DNA of 64,000 nt from Omnitrophica WOR_2 bacterium RIFOXYA2_FULL_38_17 (GCA_001805965.1 MHHG01000075.1:8826-72825); one strand, 5' to 3'. Shown: positions 19,087 to 29,708, numbered from the stretch's first letter. The notes: a model not told the origin generated them from the sequence alone. Numbers and translations: made by a program.

Positions 19087-20176
19087 CTAGGGTCTCCACC
19101 TCAAGAACGCTTCGATAAAAATATCCAGGTCGCCATCCATAACCCGCGTGACATTTCCTGTTTCTGTATCTGTGCGGTGGTCTTTAACCATAGAATATGG
19201 ATGCATGACATAAGAGCGTATCTGGCTGCCCCATTCTATTTTCTGCTTCTTGCCATACTCCTTGGACATCTCCTCATCTTGCTCTTTGCGCTTAAGCTCA
19301 TAAAGCCTTGCTTTCAGTATCTTCATTGCAGTCTGCCTGTTATGCAGCTGTGATCTTTCATTCTGGCATTGAACGACTATCCCTGTAGGATAATGCGTCA
19401 TTCTGACCGCTGAATCAGTTGTATTAACGCTCTGCCCTCCCGGGCCTGACGAGCGGAAAATATCAATTCTCAGGTCATCAGGATTGATCTCAACTTCTAT
19501 ATCATCTTCAAGTTCAGGAATAACATCAACAGAAGCAAAAGAAGTATGCCGTCTTTTATTTGAATCAAATGGTGAGATCCTGACCAGCCTGTGAACTCCC
19601 TTCTCACCTTTCAAATAACCATAAGCCATATCGCCTTCAATGCTCAAAGTAACACTTTTTACCCCGGCCTCTTCCCCCTGAAGCATATCAATAAGCTTGA
19701 CTTTAGCATTGTTAGCTTCTGCCCAACGCGTATACATCCTTAAGAGCATACTTGCCCAATCACAACTCTCTGTCCCTCCGGCACCTGCATTTATACTTAA
19801 GATCACATTGTTTCGGTCAAAAGGACCTGCAAGAATACTTCGTGTTTCAGTAGCATTAACTTCAGCTTCTATCACCTCAAGCTCTTTTTTGATCTGAGAG
19901 ATAAACTCTTCGTCCCCTTCTGAAAGATCAAGAAGCTCATTCAATTCTTTCAATTTCTTTATAGTTTTCTCAAAAGGCTCTACACAAGACTTGAGATATT
20001 TAAGCTCTTTCATTACCTTATTTGATCGAGCCTGGTCATCCCAGAAATGAGGGGCATTCATCTTTTCCTGAATGATTTTTATCTCTTCTTCCTTTTTAGA
20101 AAGGTCAAAGAAACCCCCTGAGCTCTTCAAGCTTCTGTTCGATAACAATAATTTGTTTTCTTATATCTTCAATCAC
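19087..20176 (-). CDS. prfB: Peptide chain release factor 2 with programmed +1 frameshift
   Basis: SPF and GGQ motifs. GTG at 20176 gives MIEDIRKQIIVIEQKLEELRGFL, followed by the canonical AGGGGG-TTT-CTT-TGA-C slippery site at 20119-20104. Confidence 0.98.
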
Positions 20177-20228
20177 GATAAATTCTTATATCATATTATT
20201 AATATTAGTCAATAGCGCGCTATATTCG

Positions 20229-21983
20229 CTACCACCCGCCGCCGCCACCTCCACCGCCGCCGCCACCTGAAAAACCACCGCCCTTACTTCCAGAGCTCGA
20301 ACCGGGTGGCGTTGATGACGAAGCTATGGCATTTGAAAAAGAGCTTGAAAGATTGCTTGAAAAATCATTAACCCTGAAATCACCATGCCTTCCATGATAC
20401 CAATAAGGATGATATACCTTGCCAGCCTGGGCCAGCCTTTCAAACACTGCAGCAAATTGTTCTGACCATTTCTGTTCAACCCCCAAAGCAAGAGCAAATG
20501 GCAAATACTTCTCAAAAAGCTCAGGTGTCTGGTCCGGAGGATTGAGCAGCTTCATTCTTTCTTTTTCAGTAACTGAAAGGAACATCTTGAACCCCTCGAT
20601 CTGGTCCATTATCTTTCGCCCTTGTGAAGTAGGGGCCTTGAGCAAGTTCCCGAAAATGCCACAAAGTACCAGTCCGCCCACCCAGATGATAATCCCAGAA
20701 AGAGCCCCAAAAAAACCACCCTTCACCATAAAAAATGCACAAGCCGAAAAGGCTAAATATATCAGGAAACCTATTCCAAAAAGGCCTTTGTTTGAGTGAA
20801 AATACACCTGCTCAAGCTGCTTTTCCAAGCCTTTTTGAAGTGAATTGATCGAGGCCCTGATCACATGATGATTTGTATTTACCAGCTCTAATCCTGAGGC
20901 CTTGCCTATAGAAAGCTGTTTCGCAGCATTTTGTTCTTCAATTGAGAGAAGCTTAAGCTTCTCTTCATCATCCCTCTTAAGAACATAGGTCTTGCCTCCG
21001 AACAATCCTGAATCTTTTTCTTCTATCTTAATATATCCTTTGACAGCCATGTTCAATACTGCTGCAGTAAATATCTTATTGTCATAGCCCATGTTCAATA
21101 AAAAGCGCATCGCTCCCGGGGACATTTTTTCAGGAGGATGAAAAAGAGGTATAATTATCCCTTTCTTTGGGTCCCTTCCGACATTATCCCATGCCAGATA
21201 AAAGAACAAACCAATAACGAACAGCATCAACAAAGCGATTAAAATATCTTTATTGTCAGTTATGAAATATTGTAGCTTCATCAAAGAAGTGGGCGCCTTA
21301 ACAAATCCTTTTGGCCAAGAAACAACAATAGTCAGGCCTTCTCTTAAATTCAAAGCCCTTGTCGTATCAAAGACCGGCTCATTATAAAGATTCTTTCCTG
21401 TAACACAGGCTTGCTCATTTGAGCCCTGATATCCGGTATAACACTTAACGTCCATGACCTCACTTTTTGCAGATTCCGGAAGTATTACAATAGCGGTAGC
21501 TTTCTCTATCGGAAAATCCCAGCCATTACCAGTCACGTTCCAATAAATCTCATCGTGGTCTTCAAAGAAGCCAAGCTGTCTTGTAGTCTCATAAACTATA
21601 GTGTATGTATAATCATCTGTCTTCAGGAAAACATCCTTATCCCCGATATAAACACGCTTACCATTAGACATATTGCTCATAAGATAATTGTCTTCTATGC
21701 CGTCACGCAATATCTCCAGGACCTCAAACCCCACGACATAATTATTGCCGAATCTATCTTTATACCTCGTAGGAAAATCCCTATATATTCCCCTCTTTAT
21801 GTTAAGGCCCTCTGCACGCACTTTAATTGTCTCTGTCACGATCATGGTTGAATCTTCCTTTACCTGGATCTGGCTATCAAAAGAAATGATCCTTTCCTGT
21901 GCAAAAGCAAAACTGCCAAGTGCGCAAAAAATAAATATGGACAAAATAATGAGTGATCGTTTTCTAATAGAATTTATCTTCAT
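20229..21983 (-). CDS. DUF2207 family membrane protein
   Basis: Signal peptide, [31 protein letters not shown] and a Gly-rich GGGGGGW tail. Sits next to lemA. Start set at ATG 21983. Confidence 0.92.
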   Translation of the reverse strand: MKINSIRKRSLIILSIFIFCALGSFAFAQERIISFDSQIQVKEDSTMIVTETIKVRAEGLNIKRGIYRDFPTRYKDRFGNNYVVGFEVLEILRDGIEDNYLMSNMSNGKRVYIGDKDVFLKTDDYTYTIVYETTRQLGFFEDHDEIYWNVTGNGWDFPIEKATAIVILPESAKSEVMDVKCYTGYQGSNEQACVTGKNLYNEPVFDTTRALNLREGLTIVVSWPKGFVKAPTSLMKLQYFITDNKDILIALLMLFVIGLFFYLAWDNVGRDPKKGIIIPLFHPPEKMSPGAMRFLLNMGYDNKIFTAAVLNMAVKGYIKIEEKDSGLFGGKTYVLKRDDEEKLKLLSIEEQNAAKQLSIGKASGLELVNTNHHVIRASINSLQKGLEKQLEQVYFHSNKGLFGIGFLIYLAFSACAFFMVKGGFFGALSGIIIWVGGLVLCGIFGNLLKAPTSQGRKIMDQIEGFKMFLSVTEKERMKLLNPPDQTPELFEKYLPFALALGVEQKWSEQFAAVFERLAQAGKVYHPYWYHGRHGDFRVNDFSSNLSSSFSNAIASSSTPPGSSSGSKGGGFSGGGGGGGGGGGW

Positions 21984-22014
21984 ACGGGCTCCCGGATTTA
22001 AATAACTGCTTTCA

Positions 22015-22563
22015 TTAGAACTGGACTTTTGGAACTGCCCTGACCTCAGCAGACTCAACTTCAAAGAAAGGCTCTGCTGTAAAATTAAACATGTTTGCCA
22101 CTATGCAGCTTGGGATTGACTGCACTTTGATATTGTAGTCCCTTACCGCTCCATTATAATACCTTCTAGATAACTGGATCTCATCCTCAATATCCGCGAG
22201 ATTTTTTTGTAATTCTATAAAAGTCGTATTTGCCTTTAGGTCCGGATAGTTCTCGCTGACCGCAAAAATGGTCTTTAATGCCCTTGATATGCCGCTTTCC
22301 AAGCCAGCTTTTTCTTCAACGCCCGTCGCGCCCATGACCTTTGTCCTTAAACTGGTCACTTCCTCCAAAACGCCTTTTTCATGCTTCATATACCCTTTTA
22401 CCGTCTCAAGCAGATTGGGTATTAAGTTGTGGCGCCTTTTTAACTGGACATCAACACCGCTAAACCCTTCCTTGACCTGAATCCTGCCCTTAACCAAGCC
22501 ATTATACATCCCTGTAAAAACCGCCAAAACAATCCCAATAACGACCAATAGACCTAGTAACAT
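22015..22563 (-). CDS. lemA: LemA family protein
   Basis: [35 protein letters not shown]. Confidence 0.96.
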   Translation of the reverse strand: MLLGLLVVIGIVLAVFTGMYNGLVKGRIQVKEGFSGVDVQLKRRHNLIPNLLETVKGYMKHEKGVLEEVTSLRTKVMGATGVEEKAGLESGISRALKTIFAVSENYPDLKANTTFIELQKNLADIEDEIQLSRRYYNGAVRDYNIKVQSIPSCIVANMFNFTAEPFFEVESAEVRAVPKVQF

Positions 22564-22594
22564 TTCATCCTCCTTGTATTTTACGATAAATTAT

Positions 22595-23662
22595 TTAATG
22601 CACGCCCTTTATTCCGAGATCAAAATCTGTTTTGCTGTCAGCAGATATACGGGCATCATTCTCATCCACAATGCCGGCCTTGACCAGATCAAGCAAGGAC
22701 CGTTTAAATGATTTCATCCCAAAGATCTCGCCTTCATCAATGTACGACTGGATCTCCCTTGTTTTGCCTTCTCTGATCAATCTGGCTATGGTCGGGGTCA
22801 CTACCATTGTTTCAAAGGCAGGGACCCTTCCCTGTCCATCAATCCTTGGCAGCAACCTAATGGAAACCACGCCCCTTAATATCATTGAAAGCTGCATTCT
22901 CACTTCATCATGCAAGTAAGGCGGAAAGAAGTTCACGATCCTGATAATGGTCTGCACGGCATTTACAGTATGGAATGTGGTCATTACGAATGTCCCAAGC
23001 TCTGTAGCAGTTATCGCCGCTTTCATCGTGGCTTCATCGCGGATATTGCCGATAAACATGATATCCGGGCTCTGCTGGGTCACATGTTTTAATGCTGATG
23101 TATACGAAGGGACGTCTATCCCCAGCTCTCTTTGACTTATTAAGCACTTCTTATCCTCAAATAAATATTCAACCGGGTCCTCTATGGTGATCACATGTTT
23201 TGACTGATTATTGTTTATATACTCAAGCATACTGGCTATTGTCGTCGATTTACCGTTCCCGGCGGGGCCGCACACCAGGAATAATCCTGACGCCTCCTCG
23301 CAGAACATCCGGCAAAGCTCATCAGGCAAGTTCAATTCTTTAAAAGTCTTTATCTTGGAATGAACATACCTTGCAACGATAGCCGTAGTCCCTCTCTGCA
23401 AGAACATGTTTATCCTGAACCTGCCGTAGTCCGGGTCAACATGAATAAAATCAATATCCTGCTTCTCGATAAACTCCCTTTTTCTCTGGTCCTTTTCTAG
23501 AAAATAATTCGATATGATCGTCATATCTTCGCTGGTCACTTCTTTAAAATCCATTTTCTTTACTTTGCCATCAACTCGCATGTGAGGTGCTGCGGATAAC
23601 CTTAAATACAGGTCGGAAGCTTCGCTTTCCACAACAGACCTTAAAATCTTTTTTATTTCCAT
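22595..23662 (-). CDS. Type IV pilus retraction ATPase, PilT/PilU family
   Basis: ASDL, RFRIN.F.QRG, Walker A GPAGNGKST, TIEDPVE, QRELG.D, TFHT. Confidence 0.92.
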   Translation of the reverse strand: MEIKKILRSVVESEASDLYLRLSAAPHMRVDGKVKKMDFKEVTSEDMTIISNYFLEKDQRKREFIEKQDIDFIHVDPDYGRFRINMFLQRGTTAIVARYVHSKIKTFKELNLPDELCRMFCEEASGLFLVCGPAGNGKSTTIASMLEYINNNQSKHVITIEDPVEYLFEDKKCLISQRELGIDVPSYTSALKHVTQQSPDIMFIGNIRDEATMKAAITATELGTFVMTTFHTVNAVQTIIRIVNFFPPYLHDEVRMQLSMILRGVVSIRLLPRIDGQGRVPAFETMVVTPTIARLIREGKTREIQSYIDEGEIFGMKSFKRSLLDLVKAGIVDENDARISADSKTDFDLGIKGVH

Positions 23663-23702
23663 ATTCCTGTCCTTATCTAACGATTAAAAACAATTACTTT
23701 AT

Positions 23703-24038
23703 TTATCGAATCCCTTTTATCTTTTTTAGGATCGCCTGTTCTTTTAAAATAAGTTCTTCTTTTTTATCCGAAGGCCCTCCTGCATAACCGCCAAGGGTTC
23801 CATCCTCTTTAACAACTCTATGGCAAGGTATGATAACAGGGTAGGGATTCCTTCTTAGCGCCTGGCCGACTGCACGAAAAGCCTTTGGCCTGCCTATTTT
23901 TTCAGCAACCCACTTATAAGACCTTGTTTCACCAAAAGGTATTTTAGCTGTTTGCTCAAGTACCTGCCATTGAAATCTGGTTAAATTACAATGGGCTTCA
24001 TGCTCGACATTTTTGCAATACTTACTGTTCTTCGCCAT
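23703..24038 (-). CDS. ogt: MGMT/Ogt-family methylated-DNA-protein-cysteine methyltransferase (DNA-binding/catalytic domain only)
   Basis: IPFGETRSY, RAVGQAL..NP....IPCHRVV. Confidence 0.88.
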   Translation of the reverse strand: MAKNSKYCKNVEHEAHCNLTRFQWQVLEQTAKIPFGETRSYKWVAEKIGRPKAFRAVGQALRRNPYPVIIPCHRVVKEDGTLGGYAGGPSDKKEELILKEQAILKKIKGIR

Positions 24039-24068
24039 ATATCATTGACCTTAATATAAAAGCATTTA

Positions 24069-25316
24069 TTACGCTAAATCCATTTTTTTCGATCTTAATT
24101 TTCTATGATAGGAGACCGCGAAACGATGAGCCTCATCCCTTAGTCTCTGAAGCAGCTTTAATCCCAAGGAATTCTCAGCTAATTTCACAGGATCCCTTCT
24201 CTTGGGCAGGAAGATCTCTTCTTCTCTTTTGGCCAAAGAAGCGATCGGGATATCTGCGCCTATTAATTCCAGTTGCTCACAAGCCGCCCCTAATTGCCCC
24301 TTTCCCCCATCTATCACTATCAGATCCGGGTAAGCCGACCCTTCGTCTTTGAGCCTTCGATAACGCCTTCTAACAACCTCAGCTATCATTTTAAAATCAT
24401 CAATACCCTCAACCTCTTTAATGCGAAACTTCCTGTATTCCTTTTTATCCGGAGCTCCGTTAAAGAACGACACCATCGAACCGACCGGCTGCTCTCCCAT
24501 AATATTTGAAATATCAAATGCCTCTAACCTTTGAGGTAGCCTTGGCAGTTTTAAAGCCCTCATCAGCTGCTCAGCTTCTTTGTAATAATTAATGTCTTTC
24601 GTTGAAGAGTATAAAGCTCCAATTGCCCTGAGCTGATCACGCACCTTTATCGCTTTTTCATATTCATGCTCTTGCGATAACTTTTCCATTTGCATGGTAA
24701 GGCCTCTGTAGAGGTCATCCTTTCTTCCCTCAAGTATCAGGCAAACATTCCGGACATTCTTCTTGTAATCTGCCTTTGATACCTTACCGATACAAGGCGC
24801 ATCACAAAGACCGATATGATTATCCAGGCATTCCTTTTTTGGGATTTTCGCACATGACCTGAAAGGAAATATTTTCCTGATAATTATCAATGCCTCCCTA
24901 AGCAGCGTTGCGTTAACGTAAGGGCCATAATATTTCGCATCTTTTCTTTTTTTATTTGGACGGACAATCGAGATCTTGGGAAATTCCTCTATTGTTATTT
25001 CGATCAAGGGATAGGACTTATCGTCCCTTAAAGATATATTATATCTGGGCTTATATTGCTTTATCAGGTTTGCTTCCAATATAAGCGCTTCCGCCTCACT
25101 TGCAGTTTCAATGTGGTCTATATCCTTAATGTCTTCAACTAGCTTTGCAGTTTTTACAGAATCTTTATTTGTTCTAAAATACGATTGTACCCTTTTTCTC
25201 AGGGATATTGCCTTTCCGACATAGATCACCTTTCCCGTAACATTTTTCATCAGGTAAACACCGCTTGATGCCGGTAAAGCTTTTAACTTGTCTCTCAGTT
25301 CATCAGCACTTTTCAT
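24069..25316 (-). CDS. uvrC: Excinuclease ABC subunit C (short form)
   Basis: GIY-YIG GVYLM...IYVGKA, LRDDKSYP, Cys cluster, UVR domain, EAFDISN, PDLIVIDGGKGQL, RDEAHRFA. Confidence 0.95.
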   Translation of the reverse strand: MKSADELRDKLKALPASSGVYLMKNVTGKVIYVGKAISLRKRVQSYFRTNKDSVKTAKLVEDIKDIDHIETASEAEALILEANLIKQYKPRYNISLRDDKSYPLIEITIEEFPKISIVRPNKKRKDAKYYGPYVNATLLREALIIIRKIFPFRSCAKIPKKECLDNHIGLCDAPCIGKVSKADYKKNVRNVCLILEGRKDDLYRGLTMQMEKLSQEHEYEKAIKVRDQLRAIGALYSSTKDINYYKEAEQLMRALKLPRLPQRLEAFDISNIMGEQPVGSMVSFFNGAPDKKEYRKFRIKEVEGIDDFKMIAEVVRRRYRRLKDEGSAYPDLIVIDGGKGQLGAACEQLELIGADIPIASLAKREEEIFLPKRRDPVKLAENSLGLKLLQRLRDEAHRFAVSYHRKLRSKKMDLA

Positions 25317-25349
25317 AATAATTTTATTTTTTGACTACTTAAAAACATA

Positions 25350-26927
25350 CTACAACTTTATCTTACCTTTTACCAATCCCCAGAATTTAACAGCCTGGAT
25401 TACCTTCATCTGAAAACATATAAATCCAAACAAAACATATCCAAATACGATCATAACAAAAAGTTTTATGATTTCGCTAGAAAAGGACACCTTCCTCCAG
25501 CCAAAATATTCAACAAAGCCTACAATTGCCGAGGCCAGGATAACCTTAAGAAAATATTCTAAAAGCCCTGAATTGAGCTTGCCAATCTTCTTTTCTAACA
25601 AATAGAACAATATAAAGAAATCCATTGTCCCTGCTATTGAGCTTGCCAGGGCTATGCCTCCGATTTTCAAAGGACCCATCAAGAGAAAATTCAATATAGC
25701 ATTAATGCACAAGCAAAATGCTGCTATTTTAACAGGCGTTTTTGTGTCCTGCAAAGAGTGAAAGACTGTAACAAGAATTTTAATGCCCCCAAAGCTGAAC
25801 AGCCCGATCGAATAAAACATCAGCGCCCAAGATGTAATATCGGTAGAGTAATTCGTAAATTCTCCTCTTTGAAAAAGGATCCTAATTATCGGAGACGACA
25901 GTAAAAGAAGTATCATTGTCGTAGGGCACATAACAAAGAAAATGTTCTCAAGTGAAAAAACAAGCGTCCTCTTTAAAGCATTAATATCCTTTCTACTTGC
26001 TTGGCCAGAAAATGTCGGGAGCACTACCGCAGCTAAAGCAATGCTAAAGATACCCATAGGAAACTGTATTATCCTGTTGGCATAATAAATCGCCGAAATA
26101 CCGCCTGTGCCGACAATTACTGATAGTGATGCGCAAAAAACATCGATCAAAACAGTAAGCTGATAAACACCGCTTCCAAGCATTCGCGGCATCAGCAGTT
26201 TGCCGATCTTAACAGCTCCAGGATGGTACAGTGATTTTGGGATCTTATATGTCATGCCCACTCGCAGCAATGGCTTGATCTGCGCCAATAATTGCAGAAC
26301 TCCACCTACCAGCACCCCGATCGCTAAACCAAAAACAGGCTCCTTCATATTACAAGAAGCAAAATACGCGCTTGCTATTATAGATATGTTTAAAAGGCAT
26401 GGACTAAAGGCAGGTACGATAAAAGACCGAAAAGTATATAGAATGCCGCTGCTGTAGGCTGTAAGGCCTATCAGTATTAAATAAGGGAACATTATTTTTG
26501 TCAAACGTACTGCCAGCAGGAATCCATCATGATTTACGACAAACCCGGGAACAAACACCCTGATAATAAAAGGGGCAAACAAGATACCAATAATTGTAAT
26601 GCCGCTTAGCACTATAAGGGCAAGAGTAAATACAACGCTAACAAAATTCCAAAAGGCCTGCCTGTTCTCTTTTTCCAAGTATTGTGCTACAACAGGCACA
26701 ACAGCAGCGTTTGTAGCGCCCTCACCAACCATGTCCCTAAAAAGATTCGGGATCTTTAATGCGACAAAAAAGGCATCTGCGCTTATGCCAGTACCAAGAA
26801 GGCGTGCCAGCACAATATCCCTGAAAAATCCAAGCACCCTGGAACTCAATGTCCCTAAGGATAAAATTGATGTAGCTTTTATGATCGATCGATGCGAATC
26901 TGTTCTGTCTGATTTATTGGTTGACAT
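25350..26927 (-). CDS. murJ: Lipid II flippase MurJ
   Basis: SRVLGFFRD, ADAFFVA..IPNLFR....EGA, YYANRI.QFP.G. Confidence 0.97.
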   Translation of the reverse strand: MSTNKSDRTDSHRSIIKATSILSLGTLSSRVLGFFRDIVLARLLGTGISADAFFVALKIPNLFRDMVGEGATNAAVVPVVAQYLEKENRQAFWNFVSVVFTLALIVLSGITIIGILFAPFIIRVFVPGFVVNHDGFLLAVRLTKIMFPYLILIGLTAYSSGILYTFRSFIVPAFSPCLLNISIIASAYFASCNMKEPVFGLAIGVLVGGVLQLLAQIKPLLRVGMTYKIPKSLYHPGAVKIGKLLMPRMLGSGVYQLTVLIDVFCASLSVIVGTGGISAIYYANRIIQFPMGIFSIALAAVVLPTFSGQASRKDINALKRTLVFSLENIFFVMCPTTMILLLLSSPIIRILFQRGEFTNYSTDITSWALMFYSIGLFSFGGIKILVTVFHSLQDTKTPVKIAAFCLCINAILNFLLMGPLKIGGIALASSIAGTMDFFILFYLLEKKIGKLNSGLLEYFLKVILASAIVGFVEYFGWRKVSFSSEIIKLFVMIVFGYVLFGFICFQMKVIQAVKFWGLVKGKIKL

Positions 26928-26949
26928 TAATATCCTTTTTTGCTATATT
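26921..26949 (+). promoter_or_regulatory. Sigma70 promoter of rpsT, overlapping the murJ start codon
   Basis: TTGACA-17 nt-TATATT with an extended TG. Confidence 0.65.
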
Positions 26950-27094
26950 CCCTCATTAATCATGGTAAGAATTTCTGATTTGTTTCTCCAGTTACACAAG
27001 TACAGGCAGATTAATAATTTGCCATATATTAAAAGAAGAAAAGATTTATAGTTCTTTTCAAAACTTAACAAAAATTATAAAAGGAATAACATAA

Positions 27095-27358
27095 ATGCCG
27101 CAAAGAAGATCAGGACTTAAAGAATTAAGAAAAAACCGAACAAATAGAATGCATAATCTTGATATTAAAACAGATCTAAAGAAAACTATTAAAAAATACA
27201 CATCCTCAATAGAAAAGAACAATGCAGCGGAAGCAAAAGAAAACCTAAAAACTGTTTATAAAAAGATTGATAAAGCGTCCAAAAGAAACATCATCTCTAA
27301 AAATACTGCATCTAGACGTAAATCAATGTTCAGTAAAAAAATTACGAAGCTAGCTTAA
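27095..27358 (+). CDS. rpsT: 30S ribosomal protein S20
   Basis: MP..RS..K.LR....R..N...K..LK..IKK, IDKA..RNII.KN.A.R.KS. Confidence 0.96.
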   Translation: MPQRRSGLKELRKNRTNRMHNLDIKTDLKKTIKKYTSSIEKNNAAEAKENLKTVYKKIDKASKRNIISKNTASRRKSMFSKKITKLA

Positions 27359-27983
27359 CAACTAAGATTTCTAAAGCGTGCTGCACATTTATTCTAGTGC
27401 GCTTGATATTTAAATCGGCCTCTTGAAGTTCCAGGAGGCCTTTTTTATATCTGCTTTCAGCCATCCTTCTTTTATTTTTTTGCCAAAAAGATAATATCCC
27501 GCCAAGTATCCATACAGGCATTTGCCCGTTTTCCAATAAAACAAATAATACCTGTAAAGCTCCCTTGGGATTGCAAGACAATATATCCTCTTCCATTGAA
27601 AACGCAGTTAAAGGCCTGCCTTTCGAAAATGAAAGGACTTCTGCTCTTTTGTACAATTCCTGGATAAAAGAATTTTTTGAAGCAGCGCTATCTGAATCAA
27701 GGATAAGCACAACTTTGTCCTCATCTATTTGAGCAAATTCCAGAATTATTTTTTTGTTTTGATCGGACAATTTCTGACATGTATGGAGGATCACTACTCT
27801 TCTTTTAGCTACCACGGGTAAAGACATCAGCGATTTTTTTAGATCTGCAGGATCAAGCTTATTGCCATCAAGTGTTTCATAATCAAATTGAATCTCATCA
27901 TTTGAGCCAATATATTTCTTTTTTAGCTCATCGATCTTCTGGGATTTCAGAGCATTCTCATCTCCAAGCAACAAATAAATCAT
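27342..27983 (-). CDS. holA: DNA polymerase III delta subunit (short)
   Basis: MIYLLLGDE, SLP..A.RRVVI, L.EADL.IK. Conserved position after lptE and convergent with rpsT. Confidence 0.8.
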   Translation of the reverse strand: MIYLLLGDENALKSQKIDELKKKYIGSNDEIQFDYETLDGNKLDPADLKKSLMSLPVVAKRRVVILHTCQKLSDQNKKIILEFAQIDEDKVVLILDSDSAASKNSFIQELYKRAEVLSFSKGRPLTAFSMEEDILSCNPKGALQVLFVLLENGQMPVWILGGILSFWQKNKRRMAESRYKKGLLELQEADLNIKRTRINVQHALEILVVKLAS

Positions 27984-28185
27984 AATATTATTTTATGGAA
28001 AATTTGCTTAAGGTAAGCAGCGTTAAAATGCATATTATTTATTACCTCGGTAAATACCTATCGGGATAGCCGCATCCTAATCATAATACCCGACAAATGC
28101 TGCGTAAAGGACAGCCAGCTTTTCTTGTATACCTCATTAGATCGTTGCGAAGGGTTCCTTTGGACAAGTTCTTTTTTACGAGCCT

Positions 28186-28716
28186 CTACCAATCTTCTAC
28201 TGTTCTTTCAACAACTCGCTTCGCTAAATCAATAATTGCATCATTAACTGCTGACTCTTCCGTAGAAGCTTGCGATCCGGTAAGAAAATAAGTTGCTTCA
28301 CCAGCAAAACTTGTTTCACTCCATGCAATTTCTTGATTCTCTGCATCAAAAAGCTCAAGGGCAACAATGACCCTTACCCTATATTCCTCGACATCGTCGT
28401 TATCAGTATACCTTAAAGCATCCCGTTCATAATTCTTTAAAGTGCCTTTTAAAACAAGGTCAGCATCCTCTTTATCAACAACTCTCAGGTAGCCATCAAA
28501 CATAAAGCGGTCCACAATACTATTTCTTATTTTGACCTCAAGCAAAGGGAAATATACATTGCGGACCTTTTCCGTTGTAAATGTTATCTCGTTAGCAAAG
28601 TCTTCAATATAAATCGTTCTGTAATTGCCAGGCAAAGTAGTTCTTGTGGTATAGCCACAACCAAAACAGGCACAGCTTAAAAGCAAAAAACCAAACAGTC
28701 TCAATTTTATTTTCAT
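28186..28716 (-). CDS. lptE: LPS assembly lipoprotein LptE family
   Basis: Lipobox FGCGY, IYIE.F.N, ADLVLKG, LA..VVE..V..W. Confidence 0.85.
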   Translation of the reverse strand: MKIKLRLFGFLLLSCACFGCGYTTRTTLPGNYRTIYIEDFANEITFTTEKVRNVYFPLLEVKIRNSIVDRFMFDGYLRVVDKEDADLVLKGTLKNYERDALRYTDNDDVEEYRVRVIVALELFDAENQEIAWSETSFAGEATYFLTGSQASTEESAVNDAIIDLAKRVVERTVEDW

Positions 28717-29672
28717 AATTGTTTTTTACTCACTTCCCGGATTCTTTCTAAAGCCTTTGATGACCAGGTGGACCCTTTATAATCATCGATAATGCCTTGA
28801 TAATATATTTTTGCAGCTTTATAGTTCTTTTGTTTCTCATAAAATTCAGCAACAAGAAATGCATTCTCGGCTTCTTTTTCTCTTAATCCTTTAATCTCTT
28901 CTTTTGCCTTGTCCGATAGAGCCGCTTCAGGATAATCGCTCATAAAATCTTTCAATCCTTCGACAGCCGCTTCAGTGACCTTTTGATCATACTGTGCCTC
29001 AGTTGACCTCAAAGCATCGGACATTGCGATCTGATATTTTGAAGCCTTGGCCCATTCACTGTCAGGATAATCATTGATAACCTTTTCAAATTCATCCCTT
29101 GCTTCCTGATATAATTTTTTTTCTGAGAGATACTGGCCTATTTTATATTGAGCCTGTGCTGCATACTCGCCATATGGAGCATTCTTAATTACCGTTCTAA
29201 ATACTTCAACAATATCATAGCTATCATCAGCAAATGTTTTTTTAAGAAATCCCTTGCCGCCATCGCCCTCTAGGAGCTTGATTCCTAGATCAAATTGTTT
29301 CTTAATAATCTCAGCTGAACGCTCACTGAACGGATACTTATCAATAACTGTCTGATAGTCTTTAAAAGCGGTAAACAATTTGTCCTGATCTTCATAGCAT
29401 TTAGCAATGTAATATTGCGCTTCAGGAGCCTCTCTTGCGCGGGGATAATGTTTGATGAGCTTCTTTAGCTCTTTAATTGCTTCTTCATAAGACTTTTCTT
29501 CATAAAAGCCCAATGAAAAATCCAGTTGCTCTGCGGGAGTTTCCTTGACAGAATATTTTGGATTGACCCATTTATTGCTTTCCGGTGTCCATATCCAAAA
29601 CGAATGGCAGTTGGTTGGAGCAAAAATCAATATTATTAATATATATAGTATTATATAACTAGCTTTTTTCAT
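28713..29672 (-). CDS. bamD: Outer membrane protein assembly factor BamD
   Basis: TPR repeats, YDQ..T..A, L.EKE...AEFY.K...Y.AA..YY. Upstream of lptE. Confidence 0.82.
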   Translation of the reverse strand: MKKASYIILYILIILIFAPTNCHSFWIWTPESNKWVNPKYSVKETPAEQLDFSLGFYEEKSYEEAIKELKKLIKHYPRAREAPEAQYYIAKCYEDQDKLFTAFKDYQTVIDKYPFSERSAEIIKKQFDLGIKLLEGDGGKGFLKKTFADDSYDIVEVFRTVIKNAPYGEYAAQAQYKIGQYLSEKKLYQEARDEFEKVINDYPDSEWAKASKYQIAMSDALRSTEAQYDQKVTEAAVEGLKDFMSDYPEAALSDKAKEEIKGLREKEAENAFLVAEFYEKQKNYKAAKIYYQGIIDDYKGSTWSSKALERIREVSKKQL

Positions 29673-29679
29673 CCAGAAG

Positions 29680-29708
29680 AATCTATCACACTCTTAATAC
29701 TTTGTCAA
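29680..29708 (-). promoter_or_regulatory. Sigma70 promoter directly before the bamD start (leaderless)
   Basis: TTGACA-17 nt-TAGATT (extended TG), then 7 nt to ATG 29672. No SD. Confidence 0.75.

Noticed and set aside
20104-20148. ORF-track N-terminus MLSNRSLKSSGGFF for RF2, or a sequencing frameshift
   Set aside because: Explained by the canonical programmed frameshift. The true start is GTG 20176.
28097-28291. 64-aa + strand ORF
   Set aside because: Antisense to lptE for half its length, with no motif or RBS. The spacer is better explained as structured non-coding sequence.
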